This document shows, piece by piece, positions 26,741 through 36,172 of a stretch of DNA of 64,000 bases. Numbering within the stretch: position 1 is the stretch's first letter; each line of letters starts with the position of its first letter. This DNA comes from Methanocella sp. (lineage in GTDB: Archaea > Thermoproteota > Bathyarchaeia > Bathyarchaeales > Bathycorpusculaceae). Where the stretch lies: assembly GCA_050261115.1 (NCBI GenBank), contig JBLNCY010000003.1, forward strand, positions 1-64,000, in the 5' to 3' direction. The position numbers and the translations under genes were made by a program. The notes below the pieces were generated by a model. It searched no databases. It had not been told where the DNA came from and saw only the letters and a list, made by a program, of their open reading frames with translations.

Positions 26741-27931
26741 ATGAGTGCATCAAATGAGTTAGAAAAAGCGGCAACAGCCTATGCGCTGGATGCAGTTCGA
26801 CTAGATAAGCAGGGACAAAAAGGCAGAGCCATAACGCTTTACCAGAAAGCCATTGAGAGCTTGCTGCAGCTGGTTCAGCTTTACCCGGAGTACGGTTTAA
26901 ACAAGGTTTACGTTCAGCGAGCAATTGCCTATCAGGAACGCATCAAAGTTCTGCAGGGTGCCGTGTCATCGTCTGAGATGAATCAGGCGGCGTCTGAGGA
27001 TGCCGGCGGCGGAGGCGGAGGAGCAACCATGGAAGGAGGCCCAAGCTTAAACGTGAAATCAAATGATGAGGAACTTGTAGTTACCGAGAAACCTAAAGTA
27101 AACTGGAACGAAGTGGTCGGCTTAGAGGTAGCCAAGAAAGCCGTTAAGGAAGCCATCGTTTACCCAGTGCAGCGTCCTGATTTGTTCCCTCTTGGTTGGC
27201 CACGCGGCATTTTACTGTTTGGTCCTCCGGGTTGCGGTAAGACACTGTTGGCTGCGGCGGTTGCAACTGAGATTGATGCCAACTTTTACTCGATTGATGC
27301 AGCGTCGATTATGTCTAAGTGGCTTGGAGAGGCTGAGCAGAATGTTGCTAAACTTTTTGGTTCAGCCCGTAAATCCGCAAGCGAGGGTAAGCCCGCTATC
27401 GTCTTTGTGGATGAGTTGGATTCTTTGATGGGTAATCACAGTAACGAGGTCGGCGGTGAAATCCGCGTGAAGAACCAGTTCCTAAAAGAGATGGATGGCA
27501 TCGTCGATAAGGGTAAGGCGCTGCATGTATACGTGATTGGGGCAACTAACAAGCCTTGGGATCTTGACTGGGCGTTTATCCGACGTTTCCAGAAGCGTAT
27601 CTTAGTTCCGCTTGCTGATCACGCGACGAGACTAAACATGCTTAAGCACTATACTGAGACGCTTCAAGTCGCCAACGACGTTGATCTGCATGAGTTAGCG
27701 CGGTTATCCGAGGGCTTTAGCGGCAGCGACATTCGTGATGTTTGTCAGTCTGCGCAGCTTAGCTTGATTGGCGAATTCTTTGAGTCAGGCAAAGCCGCAG
27801 ACAGAGAAGCAAAGCCTCGCCCGTTAACTATGGCTGACTTCCGTCAGATACTAGAAGAACGCAAACCATCCGTATCGCTGGAAATGCTAACAAGCTACAA
27901 CCGCTGGTTTGAAGCGTTCAAAGCACTATAA
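26741..27931 (+). CDS. cdvC: Vps4/CdvC AAA+ ATPase with MIT domain
   Basis: N-terminal MIT helices, GPPGCGKT, VFVDELD, ATNKPWDLD, RRFQKR, C-terminal FKAL. Confidence 0.95.
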   Translation: MSASNELEKAATAYALDAVRLDKQGQKGRAITLYQKAIESLLQLVQLYPEYGLNKVYVQRAIAYQERIKVLQGAVSSSEMNQAASEDAGGGGGGATMEGGPSLNVKSNDEELVVTEKPKVNWNEVVGLEVAKKAVKEAIVYPVQRPDLFPLGWPRGILLFGPPGCGKTLLAAAVATEIDANFYSIDAASIMSKWLGEAEQNVAKLFGSARKSASEGKPAIVFVDELDSLMGNHSNEVGGEIRVKNQFLKEMDGIVDKGKALHVYVIGATNKPWDLDWAFIRRFQKRILVPLADHATRLNMLKHYTETLQVANDVDLHELARLSEGFSGSDIRDVCQSAQLSLIGEFFESGKAADREAKPRPLTMADFRQILEERKPSVSLEMLTSYNRWFEAFKAL

Positions 27932-28084
27932 TGGAGGGCACACAGGAAAAAGCACGCTGGGTTGGGTGGAAAGGTCCGGAGAGCAAGATAATTTTTAGCT
28001 CGCTCTCCCTTCTCCCCCTCAAACTATCTCCGGACCCCACATACCCCCGAACCGACCCAGCCACTGCTTCTGTGAACTTTTTGT

Positions 28085-28146
28085 CTGTTGCTTTGCTGAC
28101 CTACCATCTCCCTTATATATGCTGAGAAGGGTAGCTGCCAGTACAG
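28085..28146 (+). repeat. Dispersed intergenic TATA-core element, copy 3 (divergent)
   Basis: CTGTTGCTTTGCTGACCTACCATCTCCCTTATATATGCTGAGAAGGGTAG...ACAG; shares the CTGTTGCT start and CTCCCTTATATAT core; CTACC.TCTC/GAGA..GGTAG stem around the TATA. Confidence 0.6.
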
Positions 28147-28313
28147 GGATCTTTTGGACAGAACTTAACTGGTGGCGGAACAGAGGCAACGTTTGGAACA
28201 CGGCATTTCTACTAGGCCGCAGATAGAAAAATAGCGCAAAATATTTACCGTTTCCGCGCTCTAGCGACCTTTATAATAACAAGAAAAGAAGGGATTGTTC
28301 TTATTCCTACCCT

Positions 28314-29414
28314 TTAGGGTTTGACAAACTGTTTTTTGGTTAGGAATAAGGCTGATGTGTGTAGGGCCAATGCACTTAGGGCTAGGGCTATGGGTGCTGT
28401 TGCGACGACTGTGGCGGTAGTGGGTGACGGTGAGGATTCGGGGCCAATGTATGCTGTTGCTGCAACTGCTCCTCCGCAGTACCATGTGACTGGTTGGTCG
28501 GCTGTAATTCCGCCGCCGATAGAAACATGGTCGATGCCTGCGTTGTGGTCATTTACCAAGCCTGTGGCGTTGAGGGTTTCTTGATTTTCTAGGTAGAAAC
28601 GGGCTTCGCCTGTTCCGTTACCCTGAATGGCTTGGAGCTCTACTAGGTACCAGGTGCCTGCTTGAACTGTCTCAGTTGTGGTTAGGTTGTACATTGTGTG
28701 GTTGTCAGCATAGCTGAATCTCCAGTAGCAACTGCCGTTTTGCCGGATGACGCTTAGGCTACAAACCGAGTTTGCGGGGCTAAATATTTCCTCGATGCCG
28801 CTGTTATATATGCCTCCTGCGCCGATAAAGCCGCCATCGGTTGTTGGGAGATTACCAAAATAGACGTACCATCGCCAATATATTGAGGTGTAGTTTTTGT
28901 CAAGCCACTTGTATAAGTACCCCCAGCTCTGGTTGGTTGCATAGTTGGTTTGGCATTTTAGAAAGTTGTTTTCTATGCTCAAAACCACGTCACTCGTGTC
29001 GGTGTCAGTCCATGCGTTCATATCACCTGATGCAAAGTCGTCGCGGAACACTTCACTCTCATTTTTTGGGTCAACGGTTGGTAATGGGCTGGGTGACGGA
29101 ACAGGGGTCGCGGTGGGTGTGGGTGTTACTGTAGGGTTAGGTGTGGAGCTAGATGAGGAAGAAGATGAGGAGGATGAGCTTGTGGAGGAGCTGGATGACT
29201 TGGAGGGTTTGATTGTTGCTTTTGGGGTAGGGGTTGGTTCATCAGTGGGCGTTGGGGTGGGGGTAGCTTCGGGGGTTGACGTTGGTGTTGGGGAGGGTTC
29301 AGTGTTTTGGTATGTTGATAAAAATCCGGCGTTAAAGGTCACAACTGTAACTGCGATTGCAACTAAAAGGACTAAGACGCTGGTGAGTGCCAAAAGTTTG
29401 CTATTTTTCTGCAT
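28314..29414 (-). CDS. Membrane-anchored or secreted protein with Pro/Thr/Ser-rich linker and beta-sandwich (LamG/lyase-like) domain
   Basis: N-terminal hydrophobic signal, (PT)n and poly-Ser tract, 'FRDDFASG..W' and 'GTWYLVEL...ARFYLE' strands, C-terminal hydrophobic stretch. Confidence 0.75.
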   Translation of the reverse strand: MQKNSKLLALTSVLVLLVAIAVTVVTFNAGFLSTYQNTEPSPTPTSTPEATPTPTPTDEPTPTPKATIKPSKSSSSSTSSSSSSSSSSSSTPNPTVTPTPTATPVPSPSPLPTVDPKNESEVFRDDFASGDMNAWTDTDTSDVVLSIENNFLKCQTNYATNQSWGYLYKWLDKNYTSIYWRWYVYFGNLPTTDGGFIGAGGIYNSGIEEIFSPANSVCSLSVIRQNGSCYWRFSYADNHTMYNLTTTETVQAGTWYLVELQAIQGNGTGEARFYLENQETLNATGLVNDHNAGIDHVSIGGGITADQPVTWYCGGAVAATAYIGPESSPSPTTATVVATAPIALALSALALHTSALFLTKKQFVKP

Positions 29415-29541
29415 AATTGATCTTCCTAAAGGTCGGTTTAGAGGTCTAAAACAAGCCTATGCTTGTTATTACAAAAATAGGTTAACGCTTGCTTATTATG
29501 TTATGTGATTGCTGCTTGCCTACAGCAAACGCTTGGTCAAC

Positions 29542-30180
29542 TCAAGGTTGGAAGCTAAAGCTTCCGTCCTTAGGATAATACACTACACCATCACAAACCT
29601 CCACCTGCGGGTGTTCTTTGTACTTGCCCCGATATTCCGCTACTATGCCCTCAACCTTTTCGGCGAATTGCTTGTATTCCTCATCAGGTACGCCCTTCCT
29701 TAACTTAAACTCAGCCAGTAGTTCCTCTTTGGAGTGTGTGCCTACCATTTTACGGCGAAGTGCACCCCCAGCCATTTTGCGGTAACTATAGCCCTCATAC
29801 AGGAAAGGATCGTCTGCAAAACCCATACCTCGCAAGGCTTCTGCGACAACGCTTGGAAGCACAGTCCAGTCGGCATAAGCTAAAAACTCGTAAGGTTCAG
29901 GCTTATCCTTTTTGCTTTTAGGCTTAGGCGTTCTCCACACCCAAGGCGAATGGTCAGGAAACTCAGAGTCGCCTTCGGCTTGTTCTGACGGTGGTTCAGC
30001 GGTTGATTTTACCATGCCCGGCTGCGGCTCAAAAATATCACCCATACGGAGAAGATACCGCAAAGCAGCCTGGTCGGGAACCTTTGTGGCTTCAACCATG
30101 CCTAACCCGCTTGTTTTCTGTTCCTGCTGTATCCAGCTAAGCGTTGTTTTTGCCCGTTCAGACATTGACTTCTCAGACAC
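29542..30180 (-). CDS. Hypothetical protein with a winged-helix-like N-terminal motif
   Basis: 212 aa ORF; 'ALRYLLRMGDIFEPQPGMVK' resembles MCM-type C-terminal wH wings. Confidence 0.6.
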   Translation of the reverse strand: MSEKSMSERAKTTLSWIQQEQKTSGLGMVEATKVPDQAALRYLLRMGDIFEPQPGMVKSTAEPPSEQAEGDSEFPDHSPWVWRTPKPKSKKDKPEPYEFLAYADWTVLPSVVAEALRGMGFADDPFLYEGYSYRKMAGGALRRKMVGTHSKEELLAEFKLRKGVPDEEYKQFAEKVEGIVAEYRGKYKEHPQVEVCDGVVYYPKDGSFSFQP

Positions 30181-30318
30181 TGTTATTCCAGCCTCCGCAC
30201 AATGAACGTTTAGATTTCCTTTTCGACAAATAAATGAATATTCCCCGCCGGTCCTCCAGCATCCGACCTGTTGGCTGCAGTCACATAAGACTTAATGCGT
30301 TGTCTACCTGTGCTATAG

Positions 30319-31101
30319 GTGCTGATGAGTTTGCATCTGACACCATTAACTAGCGATATTGAGCCACAATTCTGGGCAACGGTTGAGCGCGATGCGTGTG
30401 ATTACTACTTTTTCATTTACGATTTGCTCCTTCTTAAAAGTAAAACCGAGATTTTTTTAGCCAAGAAAGGCGATGTAGTGGAAGGGCTCATTGTAATCTA
30501 TGATGGAACTATCGCTCAGTTGCGCGGCAATAGAGACGCAGTGGCGTTTATGCTCAAGGCCTTGTCTCCCAAGCAGAGAGACGTGCAGGTGCCCTTGGAC
30601 TGTCGGGATTTGGTAACAGCGCGGTTTCCCTCGGCGGGGATGGTTGCGGATATTACTTTAATGCGGCTTGATAAGGGTAACGAGAAATTAATTGTATCCA
30701 CCGCCCCCGAACCGTTGACGGCAAGTGACGCTGGCGACATAGCCGACTTAATGCATCGTTGCTACCCTGAAATGTGGAGCGATATCCAGAAAGAAGCCGT
30801 TGAAGGATTGTTTAATATCAAAGAGGCGCTTTGGGTTGGCGTCCGTGAGGGGGGTGTGCTGACGGCGTTTGGGTATGCCATGCGTACTCCCAACGTTAGC
30901 CATGTAACTTGGATATGCACTCGACCAGAACATGAACGTCGGGGGTATGCTACATCGATTGTGTCCTGTTTAGTAAAGGCTTGTCTTGAGGTTTCAGATA
31001 CTGCGATAATATATGTTATGAATGACAATGCAGTCGCTGGCCATGTCTATTCACGGGTTGGCTTTGTGCCCTACAAGAAGTATGCGTTTGTGCGAACCTA
31101 A
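30319..31101 (+). CDS. GNAT N-acetyltransferase
   Basis: ICTRPEHERRGYAT (motif A), N..A..VYSRVGF. Confidence 0.88.
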   Translation: MLMSLHLTPLTSDIEPQFWATVERDACDYYFFIYDLLLLKSKTEIFLAKKGDVVEGLIVIYDGTIAQLRGNRDAVAFMLKALSPKQRDVQVPLDCRDLVTARFPSAGMVADITLMRLDKGNEKLIVSTAPEPLTASDAGDIADLMHRCYPEMWSDIQKEAVEGLFNIKEALWVGVREGGVLTAFGYAMRTPNVSHVTWICTRPEHERRGYATSIVSCLVKACLEVSDTAIIYVMNDNAVAGHVYSRVGFVPYKKYAFVRT

Positions 31102-31139
31102 CTCGGAAGCTTTCTGACATCAAAGCAACAGAGGCGCAG

Positions 31140-31817
31140 CTATAGATACATTATTGCTATGTTGCCGTTTCCGCAGTTTAGTGTCAGAGTCAGATTTCCT
31201 TCTCCGCCCAGTGTAGCGCCCTTTAGCCGAGTTGTAGTATCCATGCTTGCATCCAGAGTGACTCCTTGATGGGAGATTTGTCCGTTTCCGACGCTGGCTG
31301 CAACCTGAAACAGGGTACCTGTTGGCAAACCGACTTGGACGTTGCCGTTGAAAGCCATGGCGTTGATTTCTTTGCTGTTACAGCTGCTTTGAATGTCTAT
31401 GTTGCCGTTGCTTGTAGTTACTGTCAGGTTGTAGGTGCTGGTGCTTGGGAGGTTAATGATGAGGTTTGCAGTGAAGTCGCCGTCGTTTATGGATTGTAGG
31501 GTGGCTCGGGTAGTTATGGTTGTGGTGTCTTCGGTTTTGGTTTCATTGGTGTAGGTTTTTACTTCGTTAAGGTAACCGTCGGGGGCTGCTATGTTGTAGA
31601 TTAATTCGATTTGGCTACTGGTTGTGGGTCTGATTTCTATGTTGCCGTTAAAAATGGCGGCTGTGATTACAACATTTTCTTTGGGTGTATAGGTGGTTTT
31701 GACTTGCCTTTGGGCCAAAGGCGCTGTTGCATGATACACAAATGCGATTACGCACGCACTCACGATTGCTGTCACTACGATTAAGGCGTAAATCATGCTT
31801 TTGGTTGATCGCTTCAC
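31140..31817 (-). CDS. DUF4097-like beta-strand-repeat (adhesin-like) protein with N-terminal anchor
   Basis: Repeated xNGNI motifs (FNGNI, SNGNI, FNGNV, GNGQI, GNGNI). GTG 31817 after GGGGAG preferred over 31976. Confidence 0.8.
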   Translation of the reverse strand: MKRSTKSMIYALIVVTAIVSACVIAFVYHATAPLAQRQVKTTYTPKENVVITAAIFNGNIEIRPTTSSQIELIYNIAAPDGYLNEVKTYTNETKTEDTTTITTRATLQSINDGDFTANLIINLPSTSTYNLTVTTSNGNIDIQSSCNSKEINAMAFNGNVQVGLPTGTLFQVAASVGNGQISHQGVTLDASMDTTTRLKGATLGGEGNLTLTLNCGNGNIAIMYL

Positions 31818-31860
31818 GTGGACTCCCCGGGGATTCTTTTTAGCACATGTAGCTTGGCAC

Positions 31861-31904
31861 TTTAAAATATTCCCTAACCCCCGAAAGATTCCCTTCTGCG
31901 GGAA
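31861..31904. promoter_or_regulatory. TATA box plus two tandem TTCCC-N6-SSGAA boxes between divergent genes
   Basis: TTTAAAATA, then TTCCCTAACCCCCGAA (31870-31885) and TTCCCTTCTGCGGGAA (31889-31904). Confidence 0.4.
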
Positions 31905-31991
31905 ACCAAGAATCAAGCCTCTTTTTTTTATTTCTTTTCTTAGATTATCTTTAACAGCAGGTTCTTCATTTACCATTTAGGCTGATCGAGT

Positions 31992-32618
31992 TTGACTGAC
32001 ACCTGGAGAGAACCCTACCACGTTGTAATCGAGATCGAAAATAAAGAATGCAAAATGGTAGAAAAGCTATCGAATTTGGGGTTCAAGCACCTAAAAGTCG
32101 TTGACGTCCGAAGCGCTAAAGCAGGATGCGTTCGTCACCTAATGGATTTGGGCGAAGAACAAGCAAAAAAGGTACCCAAAGAACTCGCCGCCCCCGGCCA
32201 TGTAGAGGGCAAATCCGCGGTATGGCTAGAAAGCCAAGGTTGCCGCGCCTGCAACACCATTCTGGGTCATGACGCCTTTTTAGTGTCAGGCAAAAGCGTC
32301 CAAGACAACATCATCTCTTACAGCTTTATGGTGCCAACCCGCGAGGCATACCGAGGGATAATCACTGACCTAGAGAAAGCAGGCTACAAAGTTAACGTGC
32401 GCAAAGTAGGCAAATTTGAACAACAACTTGACGTCTTGACGGAAAATCAGGAACGCATCTTCTGGTTAGCCTTAAAAAGCGGCTTTTTTGACTACCCCCG
32501 ACAGGTGGGCTTAGCAGAGTTAGCCGCGAAACTGGGGATTAGCCCTGCAACGCTTTCAGAGATTATGCGAAGAGGCACAAGACGGCTACTTGAGCACTAC
32601 TTTAAACGGGAACTGTGA
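31992..32618 (+). CDS. Bat/HTH_10-family transcriptional regulator
   Basis: LTENQERIFWLALKSGFFDYPRQVGLAELAAKLGISPATLSEIMRRG. Confidence 0.9.
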   Translation: MTDTWREPYHVVIEIENKECKMVEKLSNLGFKHLKVVDVRSAKAGCVRHLMDLGEEQAKKVPKELAAPGHVEGKSAVWLESQGCRACNTILGHDAFLVSGKSVQDNIISYSFMVPTREAYRGIITDLEKAGYKVNVRKVGKFEQQLDVLTENQERIFWLALKSGFFDYPRQVGLAELAAKLGISPATLSEIMRRGTRRLLEHYFKREL

Positions 32619-32814
32619 CAAAAGGCAGCTGCATTTAGCGTGTCTTGTGCTTTTGATGTAAAAGTTTGATTATTTTACAAATAACTTAATATCTCCCAGT
32701 GTCGCATTTACGCCGATATAACGCGAAAAACTAAACCTCGTTTAGTCTGTCTTAAAGTTGGATTATAACCATCAGTAAAAGACTAACGTTCTAAAATTCA
32801 CGGATGAACTTAAC

Positions 32815-34077
32815 TTGAAAATTGAAGTACTCGGCGGAGCCCGAGAAGTAGGCGGCTCCTGTATATCAGTAGAGTCCGACTCATGCAAGGTTGCCCTAGA
32901 CTACGGCACCAAGCTAGAAGACGAAGTCCCAAAAAAGCTACCCAAAGACTTCGACGCAGTCATAATTAGCCATGCCCACCTTGATCACACGGGCAGCCTT
33001 CTTAGTCTATGCAAAAACAACAACCCCACTATCGTGGGTGCAGATATAACCCGCGACGTAACAGTCGACCTCCTGCACGACATGGTAAAAATTCAAACCG
33101 AAAAAGGCAACCTCGAATACAATGAGGGTCATGCAGAAAAAGTTGCAGCCTCATGGTGGAGCAGAGACTCCATCGCCCTTCCCGGAATGAGCATTAAACT
33201 GCAATCCGCAGGTCACGTCGCTGGAGCAAAAATCACCAGCCTAGAAGCAGAAAAGAAACGCATAGTCTACACAGGCGACATCTGCCTCCACGACACCGAA
33301 ATCTTAAACGGCTGCCGACTGGAAACGCTACCCAAAAAGCCGGATGTGCTAGTCATGGAATCAACCTATGGCGGAAAAGTGCGGCCGCCAAGAGAGCAAC
33401 TCGTAGAGGATTTTCTGCATCAAACCTATCTCACAATGAAGCGGGGCGGAAACGTACTGATACCCACTTTCGCGTTTCACCGCAGTCAAGAAATGGCCAA
33501 ACGCATTGACACCGCCATTCAAAACGGGTTCCTACCCAAATATCACGTCTACACAATCTCGAACCTTGCGCACAGAATAAACAGCTACTTCAACCAACAA
33601 AAACAACTCTTCACCAAAGACATCAAACAACAAAAACAACCCTTCACCTACCGACATGTAAAACACCTATACCGAACCGCCCAAATAGAATACCCCGCAA
33701 TCGTAATCTGCACCTCTGGGTTTGGACACGCCGGCGCCTCATTGCGGCTACTAACGGAGTGGGCAGAAGACAAAGATAACTCAGTTATCCTAACCTCAGG
33801 GTATCTGCCACCCGACAGCCCCCTAAAGACCGCCAAGGAAGAGGGCTTCTTTAAAATCGAGGATGGCGGCCACTTCGACGTTAACTGTGAAGTAAAACAA
33901 ATCGAGCTCTCAGGCCACGCCGACCAAAACGAGCTAGTCCGTATAGTTAGCAAGGTTAAGCCTAAGCGCACGGTGCTTGTTCACGGAGACTTGGAGCAGG
34001 CGGAGTTACTTTCGGAGAAGATAGGCGAGATGACTGACGTTAGAATTCCCGAGGCTAATGAAGTCATCGACGTCTAA
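32815..34077 (+). CDS. beta-CASP metallo-beta-lactamase ribonuclease (aCPSF-like, no KH domains)
   Basis: LGGAREVGGS, SHAHLDH, AGHVAGA, YTGD, MESTYG, LSGHAD, VHGD. Confidence 0.92.
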   Translation: MKIEVLGGAREVGGSCISVESDSCKVALDYGTKLEDEVPKKLPKDFDAVIISHAHLDHTGSLLSLCKNNNPTIVGADITRDVTVDLLHDMVKIQTEKGNLEYNEGHAEKVAASWWSRDSIALPGMSIKLQSAGHVAGAKITSLEAEKKRIVYTGDICLHDTEILNGCRLETLPKKPDVLVMESTYGGKVRPPREQLVEDFLHQTYLTMKRGGNVLIPTFAFHRSQEMAKRIDTAIQNGFLPKYHVYTISNLAHRINSYFNQQKQLFTKDIKQQKQPFTYRHVKHLYRTAQIEYPAIVICTSGFGHAGASLRLLTEWAEDKDNSVILTSGYLPPDSPLKTAKEEGFFKIEDGGHFDVNCEVKQIELSGHADQNELVRIVSKVKPKRTVLVHGDLEQAELLSEKIGEMTDVRIPEANEVIDV

Positions 34078-34265
34078 CCGCATAACCCAAAAATGAGGAC
34101 ATCGGACGGGCCCGGCAGAGTTTTTGGTTTAGACCTAAATGTAGGACAGGGTGCATGCTGAAGTCAAAATGGCCGCCGAAGCCTACGCCGATAAATATTA
34201 ACTGGTTTAAGAGCCCGACGTATGTTGTGAGCCATTAATTGCGTACTTTCTTGTAGCGGCGATGC

Positions 34266-34991
34266 TTATTGCCGATTGAGCCTGAAGGCTATCATGTCGA
34301 GGAAGATTTTTTTGCTGTCTCTTAGCGGGTTAACTTTGGAGCCGCCTCTGTTTTTCTCTACCCAAATGACTGGCACCTCGGTAACTGGGTAACCGAGCTT
34401 TTTGCATTTGACAATCATTTCGGTGTCAAAAAAGTAGCCATCCGACCTAGAGCTGTTAAGTATTGCCTTGGCGACATCACGGTGCATGGTTTTAAATCCA
34501 CATTGGTGGTCGCGGATGCCGTCGAGGAATAGGAGTCGAACTAGTACGTTGTAGGTTAAGCTAAATAGGGTTCTTTTGGTGTGGCGGTATACGACTGAGC
34601 CATGGATATGTCTTGAGCCTACGGCCATGCCGCCTTTTGCTTTAACGGTTTCAAGCAGCTTTGGTATGCAGTTTAGATCAGTTGCTAAGTCTACGTCCAT
34701 GAATAGGATGATTTTTCCGTTGGCGGCGTTTACTGCATTCTTGATTCCCCTTCCTTTGCCGAGTCTTGTGGGGGAATGCAGGAGGCGTATGTTGGGGTCG
34801 GTTTGCACCATTTTTTGAACTATCTGGGCTGTGCCGTCGTTGCTGCCATCTTCAGAGACGATTATTTCGTAGCTGCTGGCTAGGGTCTGTACGGTGGCTT
34901 GGACTTTGCGTATGCACTGTTCTATCTGTGAAGCCTCGTTGTAGGCTGGTAACAAAATTGAAAGCTCCTTTCGGGATAGCTGTGGGGGCAT
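34266..34991 (-). CDS. GT2 dolichol-phosphate glycosyltransferase (ALG5/DPM-like)
   Basis: LPAYNE, EDGSNDGT, GKGRG, FMDVD, DHQCGFK, FDTE. Confidence 0.9.
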   Translation of the reverse strand: MPPQLSRKELSILLPAYNEASQIEQCIRKVQATVQTLASSYEIIVSEDGSNDGTAQIVQKMVQTDPNIRLLHSPTRLGKGRGIKNAVNAANGKIILFMDVDLATDLNCIPKLLETVKAKGGMAVGSRHIHGSVVYRHTKRTLFSLTYNVLVRLLFLDGIRDHQCGFKTMHRDVAKAILNSSRSDGYFFDTEMIVKCKKLGYPVTEVPVIWVEKNRGGSKVNPLRDSKKIFLDMIAFRLNRQ

Positions 34992-35182
34992 GCAATGTAC
35001 CTGACCGAGTAGACTTAGAAAAGGTATAACACCTATCCATAAATCACTTCCGTATATCAATTAGAATGTTACAAAGATGCTATTTAATCTGATTACAAGC
35101 ACACCGTCATGCGGTAGCGTAGTGATACAGTTGCCAGTGGATTAAGATAATAAGGTAAAACGCCACAGCATATTAGAAAAGC

Positions 35183-36172
35183 ATGCAAACCCCCACCCCG
35201 CAAGCCATCTGGAACCTCACAGACAACGAGTTCTCAGCCCTTCTTGAATCAAACCTACTCAAACCCCTAAACGGCACTGTAAGGTTCTATGCACCCAGCT
35301 TCACATATTACCGATCCCAGCAATTCTGCGCCTCAACCAACGAATTCCCCACCATCTCAGTCACCGGCAACAACTGCGCATTGAACTGTCGACACTGCGG
35401 GGGATCACTCCTAAAAACGATGCATCCCGCGTCTACCCCCCAAGCGCTTTTTGGGGTTGGTTCAAAGCTTAAAGCAGAAGGCGCAAAAGGAGTGCTCATA
35501 AGCGGCGGATGCCTAAAAGACGGTTCAGTTCCACTTGACGAATTTGCCTCCGCTATAGCGCAGCTCAAGAATGATTTGGGCTTGACCGTATTTGTTCACA
35601 CAGGCATAATTCAGCCCAAAACCGCCTTAGCCCTAAAAGCCGCGGGAATTGATGCTGCTTTGATCGATGTCATAGGGTCCCGGCAGACTATAGAGAGTAC
35701 CTTTAACCTGGATGTCACAGTAGATGATTACAGGCTTTCTCTACGGGCACTCGAAGACGCCGGGGTTCTGGTGGTTCCGCACGTCATCGTTGGATTAAAC
35801 GGTGGTAAGCTGGATGGCGAAGCCCAAGCCATTCAAATTATTGCGGAGAACTGCAAGCCCCAAGCGGTCGTTGTCATCGCATTCATGCCTATCCGCGGTA
35901 CACAGATGGCTAATGCCCCAGCACCTAAACCTCTTGACATCGCCAGAACCGTTGCTGCTGCCCGTGTTACTTTTCCAGATACGCCGATACGGTTGGGCTG
36001 CATGCGTCCCAAAGGCACCTCCCGCGATGTCGCTGATGTTTTGGCGCTTAAAGCAGGCGTTGACGGCATAGCTTTCCCTAGCCAGCAAGCGATCGAATAC
36101 GCTAAACAGGCGAGATACAAAGTGGAGTTCTCTTCTTATTGCTGTGCTGATGTGTCAGGTTGTGCTAAATGA
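35183..36172 (+). CDS. lipS1: Radical SAM protein, likely LipS1 subunit of the archaeal two-component lipoate synthase
   Basis: CALNCRHC cluster motif, LISGG, LGCMRP and C-terminal YCC motifs. Confidence 0.72.
   Translation: MQTPTPQAIWNLTDNEFSALLESNLLKPLNGTVRFYAPSFTYYRSQQFCASTNEFPTISVTGNNCALNCRHCGGSLLKTMHPASTPQALFGVGSKLKAEGAKGVLISGGCLKDGSVPLDEFASAIAQLKNDLGLTVFVHTGIIQPKTALALKAAGIDAALIDVIGSRQTIESTFNLDVTVDDYRLSLRALEDAGVLVVPHVIVGLNGGKLDGEAQAIQIIAENCKPQAVVVIAFMPIRGTQMANAPAPKPLDIARTVAAARVTFPDTPIRLGCMRPKGTSRDVADVLALKAGVDGIAFPSQQAIEYAKQARYKVEFSSYCCADVSGCAK

Noticed and set aside
29090-29300. PT/poly-Ser codon repeats (also 54470-54760) as DNA repeat elements
   Set aside because: Explained by low-complexity protein linkers; codons vary synonymously.
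28945-29508. Long antisense ORFs (also 18309-19043, 15412-15954, 11724-12293)
   Set aside because: Shadows of well-supported genes on the opposite strand.
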